Assembly: GCA_026770705.1 (NCBI GenBank)
Contig: JANJGN010000027.1
Span: 18,104,001-18,168,000 of the forward strand
Length of the DNA: 64,000 nucleotides
From: Isurus oxyrinchus
Taxonomy: Eukaryota
Direction of reading: 5' to 3'
Part shown: positions 1 to 11,994 of the stretch, piece by piece
How the letters are laid out: each line of letters opens with the position of its first letter
Position numbering within the stretch: position 1 is the stretch's first letter
The notes under the pieces: generated by a model
What the model saw: only the letters and a program-made list of their open reading frames with translations
Told to the model about the DNA's origin: nothing
Database searches by the model: none
Program-made: the position numbers and the translations under genes

Positions 1-3000
1 GTCCATGTACACACATCAACAGCATTACCCTCATCAACCTTTTCTGTTACCTCTTCAAAAAAACTCTAGCAAGTTAATTAAACACAATTTTCCCTTTAGA
101 AATCCATCCTGGCTCTGCCTTATCAACCCATATTTTTCCATATGACTATAATTCTATCCCGAATAATTTTTTCTAGAATCTTGCCCACCACTGAAGTTAA
201 ACTGACTGGTCTGTAATTGCTGGGCCTATCCTTACAACCTTTTTTGAACAAGGGTGTAATGTTTGCAATTCTCCGGTCCTCTGGTACCACCCCTGAATCT
301 AGGGAAGACTGAAAGCTTATGACCAATGCCCCTGTAATTTCTACTCTCACTTCCTTCAATATCCTTGAATGCAACTCATCTGGTCACGGTACCTTGTCAA
401 CTTTAAACAACAGCAGTCTATTCAACACTTGCCCCTTATCAATTTTAAACCCTTCTAGTGACAGAGTTTTCTCGTCTGTCACCACGGCCTGGGTAGCATC
501 TACCTCCTTGGTAAGGATGGATGCAAAGTATTCATTTAATACCTCAGCCGTGGCCACTTAGTCCATAAGAAAAAAATCCCTTTTAGGTTCCTATTTGGCC
601 TTACTCCTCCTTTTATCACCCTTTTACTATTTATAGAAGACTTTGGGATTCCCATTTATGTTGGCTGCCAGTCTTTTCTCATAATCCCTCTTTGCTTTTC
701 TAATATGCTTTTTCACCTCCCCTCTGGACCTTCTGTATCTCCTTGGCTCTCAATTGTATTTTCTAACTGACACCTGTTGTAAGTGCACTTTTTCTTCTTC
801 ATCTTAATTTTAATCTTTTTCATCCAGGGAGCTCTGGATTTATTTGCCCTACCCTTTTGATGGATTATACTTTGACTGTGCCCAAACCAATTTTCTTTTG
901 AAGGTAGCCCATTGCTTAGCTACAGATTTTTCTGCCAATCTTTTATTCCAGTCTATTTGGCCCAGCTCTGTTCTTGCCCCATTGGAGACGACTCTTGTCC
1001 AGTTCATTAATCTCACTCTGGATTGTCAGTCGTCCTTTTCTATCATCATCCTAAAATGTACAATACAATGATCACTGTCTCCCAAATGCTGCCCCACTGA
1101 CACTTGGATCTACTTGGCCCACCTCATTTCCAAGAACTGGGTCCAACAGTGGGTCTTTTCTTGTTGGATTGGACACATACTACTATAGAAAATTCTCCTG
1201 AATACAATCTAGGAACTTTTGCCCTTCTCCTTCCTTTACACTACCACTGTGCCAGTCTACATTTGGGTAATTAAAGTCCCATTATAACTACTCTAAAATG
1301 CCTGCATCTCTCTAATTTCCCTGCAGATTTGTTCTTCTATGTCCTCCTCACTACTTGACAGTCAATAAACAACACCGAACAATGTAATTGCACCCTTTAT
1401 GTTCCTTAGCTCTAGCCAAATTGACTCTGTCCTTGAACCCTTTGGGACATCCTCTTTCTCCAGCACTGCAATGCTATCCTTAACCAATATTGCCACCCCT
1501 TCATATTTCCTTCCTTTCCTATCTCTTCTGAACACCTTGTACCCGGGAATATTTAACATCGAGTTTTGCCCTTCCTTGAGCCAGGTCTCTGTTATCGCCA
1601 CAACATATTTCCACATGGCAATCTGCACCTGTAACTCCCCAGTCTTATAATGCTATACTCCTTTCTTCACATACATGCATAGTAACCCTGATTTAAATTT
1701 TGTTACTTTCTCCCTTACCCCAACTTTACCTATTAATTTACTATTCGCTATACTAATGCTATTTGTCTCTCCCAGTATTTTCTGCACCCTGGTATTCCTC
1801 TCTAATATTTTCTCTAGGTTCCCACACCCCTGCCGAGTTAGTCTAAATCCCTCCCAACAGCACTAGCAAAACGCCCCACAAGGAACTCAGTCCCAGCTCT
1901 GTTCAGGTGCAACCTGTCTGGCTTGTACAAGTGCCATCTCCCCCAAAGTCAGTCCCAGTGTCCCAGGAATCTAAATCCCTCCCTCCTGCACCACCTTTCC
2001 AGCCGTGCATCCATCTACCTTATCCTCCTATTTCTGTACTCACTAGCATGTGGCACTGGGAGCAATCCAGAGATTACTACATTAGAGGTCCTGCTTGCTA
2101 ATTTTCTACCTAGCTCCATAATTTCTGATTGCAGGACCACTTTCCCCTTCCAACCTAAGTCATTGTGGACCATGACCTTTGGCTGATCACCCTCCCTCAG
2201 AAGAATGCCCTGCAGCCACTCTGTGCCATCCTTGACCCAGGCACCAGGGAGGCAACATACCATCCTGGAGTCACGTCTATGGCCACAGAAACACCTGTCT
2301 TGCTCCCCAATGAATCCCCCCTCACTATAGCTCTTCCTTTCTTCTTCCCTCCTGTACAATTGAGCCACTCATGGTGCCGCAAACTTGGCTCTGACTGTAC
2401 TCCTCTGAGGAACCAGTGCCCTCACCAGCTTCCAAAACAAAAAATTGATTTGTGAGCGGGACCCCAGGGGACTCCTGCACCACCTGCTTACTTTTATTGG
2501 ACTGCCTGGCAGTCACCCATTCCCTCTCTGTCTCCAGGCCCTTAAGTTGCGGTGTTACCATCTCTCTGACATGCTATCCACGTAACTCTCAGCCTCACAT
2601 ATGCGCCATAGTGACTCCAGCCGCTGCTCAAGCTCTGAAATCCGGAGCTCAAGTTTCTGCAGCTGACAGCACTTCCTGCATATATGGTCAGCTAGGACAC
2701 CTATAGCGTCCATGAGGTGGCACATAATACAGGACACGAATTCCACTTGACTGAGCTGCCCTGCCATGTCTTAACTCTACTTCCCTTACAGTAACTTTAT
2801 TCTACTTTGGATTATTTATATTACTTTATTGTATTGGCCCTTGAATTTCCCTTATTCCTGGCATTTCATTGTAAAATCCAAGTATAGGAGCTTTAAAAAA
2901 TATTACACTTTTCTAATTTACTCACCAGTTCCTACTTAACCAAGCCACTGCCCTTCTCTCTGAGCAAAAATAGAAAAAGAAAGAAGCACCTTCTCCCTTC

Positions 3001-3090
3001 TCACCGAAATCTCTCAGTTACCAACTCCAACTGGAGCACTCCGCTGCAGCCAAACACAGCACTCGTGGCATCGAAGTTTACGACACAAAG
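1..3090 (-). mobile_element. CR1-clade LINE, 5' half (5'UTR, ORF1, APE endonuclease, start of RT), decayed; continues off the left edge
   Basis: Collinear minus-strand fragments: ORF1 N-terminus MAGQ...HICRKC..LQKLELRISELEQRL (2555-2767); esterase-like IVRGDSL / VCCLPGA (2015-2382); APE VVAITETWL..IPGYKVFRRDR (1362-1628); RT-proximal PEDRRIANITPLFKKG..NYRPVSLTSVVGKILE (123-374). Many stops and frameshifts. Confidence 0.92.
1880..2767 (-). pseudogene. CR1 ORF1 remnant: Cys/His finger and leucine-zipper N-terminus, then an SGNH/GDSL esterase-like domain
   Basis: GDS motif in RAIVRGDSL, followed by VCCLPGA and VVISGLLPVP in adjacent frames, as in esterase-bearing CR1 ORF1s. Confidence 0.8.
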
Positions 3091-3119
3091 TAAGAGCTCA
3101 TGGTAGGGGGTAACATATT

Positions 3120-3620
3120 AGCATGTGGCCCCTGGCTTTAGATCTCCCCCGCCAAGCCAGTGGAAACATCCTGTCTGCATTTACCCTGGCAAGACTTGTA
3201 AGAATTTTGTACACTCCAATGAGATCACTTTTAGTTGTTCTTAACTCTAGAGAATGCAAGCTAAGTCTCCTCAATCTCTGCTCATAGGATATCCCAGGGA
3301 TCAGTCTGGTGAACCTTTGCTGCACTCCCTCTATGGCAAGGATATCCTTCCTTAGGTAAGGAGGCCAAAACTGTACACAATACTCCAAATGATGCCTCAC
3401 CAAGGCTCTATAAAACTGCAGCAAGATTTCCTTACTCCTGTACTCAAATCTTCTTGTAATAAAGGTTAACATACCATTTGCCGCCTTAATTGTTTGTTGA
3501 ATCTGCATGTTCACTTTCAGTGATTTATGAATAAGGATACCCAGGTCCCTTTGGATATTAGCACTTCCTAATCTCTCACCGTTTAAGAAATATTCTACAT
3601 TTCCATTTTCCTACCACATT
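3120..3620 (-). mobile_element. CR1 LINE RT C-terminal fragment
   Basis: ORF 3098-3514: KAANGMLTFI..FEYRSKEILLQFYRALVRHHLEYCVQFWPPYLRKDILAIEGVQQRFTRLIPG. Confidence 0.88.
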
Positions 3621-3663
3621 TACAAACAGAAGTTGAAGAAAGCAACTGTCCAACACCGAATAA

Positions 3664-3920
3664 AGGGCAATTGGAGATAGACAACAAATGCTAGCCTTGC
3701 CAGCGATGCTCACACCCTCAGTACTGCAATGAAATGATTGGGGATGCAAACCTACCATCTTTACCTGGTCTGGTTTGTAAGTGATTCTCATTCCATACCA
3801 ATGCGGTGTACCCTTAACTGTCCTCTGAAATAGCCTTGCAAGCCACTCAGTTGTATCAAATTGTTAGAGATTGCAATGTTCAAGAAGACTCACCACCAAC
3901 TTTTTCAGAGAGACTATGAA
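3664..3920 (+). mobile_element. Old SINE-like fragments of the tRNA-headed LINE family (3' tail piece, then central domain fused to tail)
   Basis: aatgctagccttgccagcgatgctcacaccc matches the tail at about 13758-13790. ttacctggtctgg...gcaagccactcagttgt matches 10428-10520 and runs into gttcaagaagactcacc (cf. 13708-13727). Confidence 0.65.
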
Positions 3921-5729
3921 TGCTAATTAAAACTCTGAAGTTCTGTGAATGTATTTTAATGAAATTAGGAAAATGAAGCCTTGTGTGATCCACACCCAAA
4001 TGTACAAGTGAAAAATGTCTTCCAATTACTCATAATTCGTGCAAGAAAAAATCAACTTTAGCTTTTAATTTGAAATTGATTATAAACTAGGAAGAGTGAT
4101 GCATCAGTAACTTTGAAGAGATTACTCAAGGTGATGTACTCAATACCTTAGTTGCATGTCAACTGTTCCTAACCAACCTTTGTTTTTACCTAGTTTATTG
4201 TATAAAGAGTTGTTGGACTCAAACTTGTATACAAATCTCTATCAACTGCATGCACTTGAAGAAGAGGACTGAAACACGGATAGATTCTTATGGCTAGTTG
4301 TTGTTTGGGTTGGGGGCGGCATTCTGGTCTCACGAAGAACAGTTATAAAATCATAGGTCTAGAAATTCATTGACACCTTGCCCATTTTACAAGCTTAAAA
4401 TGGTGCCTGTACATTTCATATGATGGGTAGTTTGCACATACACATTCCACACTGCAAGCGTGTTAGTAGGCCACCAGGAACTGAGCCTGAAAGGGGCGTG
4501 TGCCCCTTTGTATATGCAAATAAAGGGTCTACTGTCTGTTTCAGGTCCCTTTTTGAAATTGAGCTGCCCTAGCATCAACCAGGCCTACGTGATGGCTGAT
4601 CAGTAGTCTTGAAACGATCAGTAGAGGCTGCCAACAAAAGGCTTAGTTCTTTAAAAAAAAATGCCTGGATGTGGATCCTGTAGGAGAAATCCTGCTCATC
4701 CAAATTCAAAATATGCTTAAAAGTCAGCTTTCAACTCACCTCCTCTACACCATACCTGGATTTGAGTTTTGTTTTTTCTCCTGCAGCCTGCTTTGTTCAA
4801 CTTGCCCCCACCCCCAGTATATTTTTGAACCTCCTTGCTCACACATGGCAGGTTATGTGGAATATTGTCATTGTTTAATGGTTATACGTTTTGAAATGTG
4901 AACAGAACAATTGCATCTGTTCTTCAGTAATGTGCTTGTTCTAAAATAGAACTTGCAAGCGACTGAAAAGGTATGAAATAAAAGAGAAGCAAATTCTGGA
5001 GAAGCTGTAAAGAACCACTATTTATGTACATTTTTAAAGAACATGGCACTCTGCACAAAACTGCCTCTGGGTTGATATAGTATTGATAACTTGCTCAAGA
5101 TTTAGTCTCTCATATGACATTGACTATGATGTGTTACTGCCTTGTAACACACTGCTGATTGTGCTTTATTTTATAGTGCATTTATGGGACCAGATAAACA
5201 ATAGCAACAGAAATTTGCTGCTGCATAGGTTATATTTTGTAAGGAAATTCACGGCTTGACCCAAAGTTGCTTTTCTGCTTTATACCAAATGAAATCAGTA
5301 AGTGTTCCGACTGTAGGTCATTGAAGTGGCACAGGTGTATGTGTCATTTAACACTCTCAGCATTATTCAGACAGTATGTTTCAGTCATAACCTTAAAAGG
5401 GCATTTCTATTTATCAACATCTTTATATTTTAGCCATTTTTAAAATTAAATGTTATGCTTTCTATTTATATGCACTTCAGCTAGATGGAAATCACCCATT
5501 CTCATTTCATTTATGATCTTTAACAGCCATCTGATAGAAGCAATGTTTATTTCATTCAGATCAACTAGATTCCGTCTTGTGTTTCCATATCTGAAAGAGA
5601 GGTATTCGTTTTAATACAATCCCCTGAAATTCCAGATGAGTAATTTGAGTTTGGAATTGTGCATAATTAGATATTTGATTCAGTGTTATAGCAAATTTTG
5701 TGAACGTATGGAACGTACCCACTACATAA

Positions 5730-6215
5730 TAACAACAACTAAATGTATTTATACATCGTCTTGAAAGGAATAAAACCTCAAAAGGTCCTTCACAGGTTAC
5801 TAAGCAAAATTAAACATAGCCACATAATGTGGTATTAAAACAAAGAAAACTGCGGATGCTGGAAATCCAAAACAAAAACAGAATTACCTGGAAAAACTCA
5901 GCAGGTCTGGCAGCATCAGCGGAGAAGAAAAGAGTTGACGTTTCGAGTCCTCATGACCCTTCTGTTCTGTCGAAGGGTCATGAGGACTCGAAACGTCAAC
6001 TCTTTTCTTCTCCGCAGATGCTGCCAGACCTGCTGAGTTTTTCCAATGTGGTATTAAGGTAGACGGTCAGAAGCTTGGTCAAAGAAATGGATTTTAAAGA
6101 ACATCTTGAAGGAAGAAAGAGTCGGAGAGGTTTAGGAAAGAAATTCTAAAGTTTAAAGTCTGGGCAGCTGAGGCATGGTGGAGCAATTAAAATCAAGAGG
6201 CTGGAATTAGACTTG
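5730..6215 (-). mobile_element. Degenerate L2-like LINE/SINE 3' end, interrupted by the palindromic insertion
   Basis: aacaacaactaaatgtatttatac... tail followed by ttggtcaaagaaatggattttaaagaacatcttgaaggaaga, typical of reverse-oriented L2-type tails. Recognised by eye only. Confidence 0.45.
5839..6044. mobile_element. Palindromic (foldback) derivative of a Penelope-like terminal repeat with a 13-bp TSD
   Basis: Inverted arms 5889-5962 and 5972-6045 around a 9-nt spacer. Sequence matches the 3' end of the element at 41875-42006. Direct repeat aatgtggtattaa at 5826-5838 and 6045-6057. Confidence 0.9.
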
Positions 6216-6239
6216 GGCTGATAAAAGGTAAGTTACCTT

Positions 6240-9200
6240 TGTGTCACACAAGTGTCAAGGCTGTTTGGTTCCTTCTGATATTTCTCTGGTTTGTCTCAAT
6301 TCTATAAGATCTTGGCTGTGGAGCTCTTTCTATTACAATGCTTTCTTTCTGTAGATCTTGTATCCACATACTTTCTTGGGGCTGTAGAACTTTCAAGTCT
6401 TGTTGCTCTGTGCCTGAAGTTGAAAGTACGAGCTTGACTATCTCATTGTTGCCTCTTGCACTTCCTGACTTTCTCATGATCATCTGAGGTAATGTTAGGT
6501 TGTAGTGTTTGTTGTAGAGTTGGGAGTTATGTTTGCAGCTGTCTACCCATTAATAATTCTGATGGCAAGAACCTGTATTTTAATCTTTAGATTCTGTAGT
6601 TAAGAAGAGCTAAGTTAAAATCGTTCTTTTTCATCAATTCCTCGATTGTTTGAACTCCTCTTTCTGCTTCTCCATTTGACTGAGGATATCTTAGCAAACT
6701 AGTCACATGCATGAAACCATATTCCTGCGCAAGGTTGTAAAAAGCTCGTTAACAAACTGAGAACAGTTGTCTGACACCACAATGTTGGGCATGCTATATG
6801 TCATGAAGATTCTTTTTAGTGATGTAATGACCGCCTCCACTATGGTACTATGCAGTCTACTCACTTCAAACCATCTGGAGTAGTAGTCAATGACAGTGAT
6901 GAAAACTTTGCCATCAAACTCGAATAAATGCATTCCAAGGTGCTCCTATGGCCTCATAAGAAACATAGATGGTGCAAGTGGTTTGCTCTGCTGCTAGCTA
7001 TGCACTACATAAAAAAGGCAATTTGTGATTAACTCTTCAAAGGAGTGACCAGTGCCTGGCCATCAGACTGACTATTGGGCTTTTGCTCTGTATTTTGCTA
7101 CTCCCAAGTGATCTTGGTGGATTTTGTGTAGAATGGGAGTCAGTGTTTTAGGGATGACTAGTCTGTCATTAAAAACTAAGAAATCATTGAGAAATTTTTT
7201 CATGGTTCGACATATTGGCGAAGTACTGGATTATTTGGAGTGTACTTTGGCCATCCATTCTTGCAACACTTTTATTTGATGCGCTCATCATCCTGCTTGC
7301 CTAATTTCTCGTAATCTCTTCTCAGTGGCTGGTAAATGTTTGGTAATGAGTGAATTATATGCTTCCAAATGCTCATAAAAATTTAAATCTTTCCAGTTTG
7401 ACTCCTTTCACTTGTATTCTTGACAATGCTTCCGCTGTCATCTGGTACTTCCTTTGAATGTACTCACTAACTGAATCTTATTTCATGATTCTCAGTCTCT
7501 GCATTCTAGACAGCATTTATATAATTTCCTTTAGGTTAAGAAGGGGAATCAAAGGTTTGTGGTTGGTTTCAATTTTAAACTTTAATCACATGACATAATC
7601 AGAGAACTTCTTGTAGGCCCACATGGCTGCTGATGCTTCTTTCTCAATGGTTGCGTACCTCTTTGTGCTCGTGAAAGATCTTGAGGTGCAATAACCTGGC
7701 CTCCTTTGTCCATATTTTTGAGCTTCAAAAAGCACAGCACCCAAGCCTGTGGATGTTGTGTCTGCTGCTACAATTGTTGACAACTCTGGATTGTAGTGCA
7801 CTAGAATTTCTGAAATTAGGAGATTTTTGAACTTGTCAAAGCATTTTGCTGGTCCACATTCCAGCACCACTGTTGACATTGTTTCAACAGCTGTCATAAC
7901 TGCTTGTTGATTTCCACCAAGTTTGTCAGGAACTTGCCTACTTGATTGACCATGCCAAAGAATCTTTGCAATTCTGTGATATTGTTAAGCTATGGGAAGT
8001 GTCTAATATCCTTGGTTTTCTGCAGGTTGGCATTAATTCCTAAAGTTTGCACAATGTGGTCTAAGACTTTTATCATAGGCTTTGCAAATTCACATTTGCC
8101 ATTTAATGTCAAACCTGTTTCTTGTCAGACTTTGAGGACTGCTGTCACCTGACTGTCATGTTCTTCCCTCGAAGAAACGTGTACGAGAATGTCGTCCATA
8201 TGGCATATTACTCCTACCATTTCTTCCAGGATCTGAGATATTGTTCTTTGGAAAACCTCAGGTGCAGAAACAATTCCAAATGGTAACCTGTTAAAACAAT
8301 ATAGACTGATTGGGGTGATGGAACTAGTTAACAATCTGGATTTTTTGTCCAGAAGCAACTGTCAAAAGTCACTGTTAGCATCTAATTTTGTGAAGAGGGT
8401 GCTTTTTGCTAATTTGGTGAGACTTTCATCCACTTGTGCCATCGGGTAGATTTCATGCTCTGTTGACTTGTTTAATTAAGTCCACATAGGTCCTAATTGA
8501 ACCATTAGACTTTGGGTCTGTGACCATTCCAGAACAGTATGGTTACTGGAGAGATGACCCCTTGTTGTAACATGTGTTCAATCTCGCTCTTCACTTTGTC
8601 TAAGAGTGGGTGATGGACCTTCCTCACTGTGAAGCGACAAAAGTCCTTAGCATCTGCCTTTAGGGTTATATGATATTCTGTTTTCAACTTCCTAAGCCTG
8701 AAAATAGGGATGGAAATTAGATCCTGAATACATTACTGGACTGCTTGTCAGCATTTCATCAACCTTCATCAATGAGGCTCAGCTGCAAGCATGTTTTTCT
8801 GCTCAGTAATGATGACTGCAGGTTCTTTAGCACATGCAAGAGTTCCACAATTTCTTTGTCTTTCTATCTTAATTTCACTATTACTTTTAGTGTTGTCCCT
8901 CATAGGCTTGCAACTGGATGGAGGATGGCTGCAATGTGATATTCTTAAGCCATTTAACTTCATCAGATAATACTGAATGACCTGCCCCAGTATCTAGCTT
9001 GAATTCTGGCAGATGACCCTCAACCTCTAATGTAATGCTCCAATAATTATTTTCTGTTTCATTAACTTCTCCTAAGGTTATTGTTTTTTTTCTGTGGCTC
9101 TTCCACTTCTTGGATTTTATTTGGTTTTGTTGTTGTTTCTTTCTTCTGAAAGATGAGATATAGGAACTTCTGGTCTGCAGGCTATTTTAAAATGTCCTAA

Positions 9201-10152
9201 CTTCCCACAGTTGTGGCATTCAGCTCCCCCTGCTGGGCATTCTTCCTGCTTGTGTACGGTTTTCCCACCACACCGAGAGCGTCTTACATAGGATGGCAGT
9301 TGGTACATATTTTCCCGGGCTTTTGCTTCACTGTGCTCTTTTTTGTCTGACATCTTGGATGGCTTCATTTATTTACTTCCAAGGGGTGTCACTTTCCCCA
9401 TGTTTTGCTCCCTAAATTTGGTCTGTTGCACTATTTGCATTGCCTTTGTGAGAGTTAAATAGTTCCTGGTTGGAAAATATCTAATGGGGTTTTATCTAAG
9501 AAGCCAACCATTATACGATTGTGTATTAATTCATCTCTGAGGATCCCATAGTCGCAATTCTCTGCCGTCTGTACAGATCATTTATAAATGAATCCAGGGA
9601 CTCTCATGATTTTTACAGCCTCTTATTAAATTTTGCTTGCTTAATAAATATTTTTGAACACTACTGTATGAATCAAATGCCTGAAGGATTTTCTCATATG
9701 AGCTTGAAGTCTCATTGATACCCTGTCTTGCAATAACATCATCTGCTATGGCCCCTACTACATAAAGTACTGACCTGCTCCTTCTTATGTAAACCTGAAG
9801 CTGTCCTGTATCTAGAAAATCTCTTCCTCCAATTGCCCCGATGTTGAGACTGTTGCGAGCCTTCCATGTTTTGAAATGGTCCTGGAAGTGGCAGTGTAGA
9901 CTCCATGCTTACCCTAAGCTCTAAACCTGTTGCTGCTTCAGTAGTTTTGCTGTTGGACCATGATCTGTACTCACTGCTGTCTGGACTCTGGGTCTGTGTG
10001 TCTGCTTGCATCTACAGCACCCACAATTGTCCATTCTCAGGTGAATCCTCAATCTTTTTTCCTGTCCTTTTTCAAGGATTCAGAGGTCTCTCAGGTCTGC
10101 AGTCTTCTCTAGGAGTTTTTGCTGGGTCCTTATGTTCTGTCTACTGCCACCA
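6240..10152 (-). mobile_element. Gypsy/Ty3 LTR retrotransposon internal region (gag-PR-RT-RH-IN), decayed; 3' LTR not seen
   Basis: Order on the minus strand: gag with zinc knuckle CHNCGKLGHFKIAC (9117-9368); protease FKLDTGA (about 8983-9004); RT FNRLPFGIVSAPEVFQ..HMDDILV (8125-8358); RNase H ADTTSTGLGAVL..RYATIEKEA (7586-7897); integrase VIDYYSRWFEV..VVSDNCSQF (6703-6933). Confidence 0.93.
10144..10152 (-). promoter_or_regulatory. Primer-binding site, tRNA-Leu type (TGGTGGCAG)
   Basis: Minus strand reads ...aaaaCA|TGGTGGCAGtag directly upstream of gag, matching the start of the complement of the tRNA-Leu(AAG/TAG) 3' end. Confidence 0.6.
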
Positions 10153-10221
10153 TGTTTTAGATGGTGCAAATGAACAGTAGAAGGAAACCACTGGTAGCCA
10201 CTACGTTTCATGGGGAGGTGA

Positions 10222-10288
10222 TGGCATAGTGGTATTGTCGTTGGACTAGTAATCCAGGGTAATGCTCTGGGGACCTGGGTTCAAATCC
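10222..10288 (+). promoter_or_regulatory. Pol III internal promoter-like A box and B box
   Basis: TGGCATAGTGG at 10222-10232 and GGTTCAAATCC at 10278-10288 fit the tRNA A-box and B-box consensus. Confidence 0.75.
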
Positions 10289-11530
10289 TGCCATGGCAGT
10301 TGATGGAATTTTAATTCGATAACAATCAGGAATTAAAAGTTTAACGATGACCATAGAACCACTGTTGATTGTTGTAAAAACCCACCTGATTCACTAATGT
10401 CCTTTAGGGAAGGAAATCTGTTGTCCTTATCTGGTCTGGCCTACACATGACTCCAAACCCATGGCAATATGGTTGATTCTTACATGCCCTCAGAAGTGGC
10501 CTAGCAAGCCACTTAGTTGTAACAAACCTACAAACAAAACTACAAAGTCACAAAAAAAAGTGTGAAACTGACGGACCACCTGACATCAACCTAGGCACTG
10601 GAAATGACAATGACAATCTCGGCCCTATTAACCCTACAAAGTCCTCCTTGGCATCTGGGGGCTAGTGCCAAAATTGGGAGAGCTGTCTCACAGACTATTC
10701 AAGCAACAGCCTGACATAGTCATCCTCACGGAATCGTACCTTACAGATAATGTCCCAGACACTACCACCACCATTCCTGGGTATGCCGTGTCCCATCGGC
10801 AGGACAGGCCCAGCAGAGGTGGCAGCACAGTGATATAGTCGGGAGGGAGTTGCCCTGAGAGTCCTCAACGTTGACTCTGGACCCCATGAAATCTCATGGC
10901 ATCAGGTCAAACATGGGCAAGGAATGTTCCTGCTGATTACCACATAACCACCTCCCTCAAGTGACAAATTAGTGCTCCTCCATGTTGAACATCACTTGGA
11001 GGAAGCACTGAGGGCGGCAAGGGTGCAGAATATACTCTGGGTAGGGGACTTCAATGTCCACCACCAAGAGTGGCTTGATAGCACCACTACTGACCGAGCT
11101 GGCCGAGTCCTAAATGACATGGCTGCTAGACTGTCTACGGGTCTGCGGCAGGTGGTGAGGGAATCAACAGGATGGAAAAACGTATTTGACTCCATCCTCA
11201 CCTGTTTGCTGCAGATGCATCTGTCCATGACAGCATTGGTAGGAGTGACCACCACACATTCATTATGGAGACAAAGTCCTGCCTTTACATTGACGATACC
11301 CTCCATCGTGTTGTGTGGCAAATGGGATAGATTTTGAACCAATCCAGCAACTCAAGACTAGGCATCCGTGAGGCGTTGTGGACCATTACCATCAAACCAG
11401 GGGATCAACCCTGGTACCATTAAGAGTGCAGGAGGGCATACCAGGAGCAGCATTGGGCATACCTAAAAATGAGGTGTCAACCTGGTGAAGCTATAACACA
11501 GGACTACTTGCATGCCAAACAGCTTAAGTA

Positions 11531-11994
11531 GCACTCATCCAGGCAAGTGGGGAGTATTCCATCACACTCCTGACTTGTAGATGGTGGACAGGCTTTGGGG
11601 AGTCAGGAGGTGGGTTACTCATCACACTATTCCTAGCCTCTGACCTGCTTTTGTAGCCACAGCATTTATATGGCTAGTCCAGTTCAATTTCTGGTCAATG
11701 GTAACCCCCAGGATGTTGATGGGGGGGGATTCAGCAGTGGTAATGCCGTTGAACATAAAGGGACGATGGTTGGATTCTCTCTTGCTGAAGATGGTCATTA
11801 CCTGACATTTGCATGGCAAAAAATGTTACATGCCACTTGTCAGCCCAAGCCTGGATATTGTCCAGGTCTTGCTGCATTTGGACATAGACTGCTTCAATAT
11901 GTGAGGAGTCACGAATGGTGCTGCACACCATGCAGTCAGCAGCAAACTTCCCCACTTCTGATCTTCTAATGGAAGGAAGGTCATTGATGAAACA
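11531..11994 (-). repeat. Inverted duplicate of 12885-13347 within the same LINE copy
   Basis: The reverse complement is near-identical to 12885-13347. ORFs 11731-11955(-) and 12702-13148(+) give almost the same peptide (CMVCSTIRDSSHIEAVYVQMQQDLDNIQAWADKWHVTFFAMQMSG). Confidence 0.92.

Noticed and set aside
5560-5601. Possible 42-bp micro-exon (ttcattcag|...gagag|gtattc)
   Set aside because: Weak splice signals and an unrecognised peptide; cannot be supported.
5889-6045. Palindromes and recurring repeats read as a CRISPR array or bacterial terminators
   Set aside because: No repeat-spacer periodicity and the context is eukaryotic; explained by Penelope terminal repeats.
10212-10295. tRNA gene
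   Set aside because: A/B boxes are present but there is no convincing cloverleaf, and it is fused to retroposon sequence.
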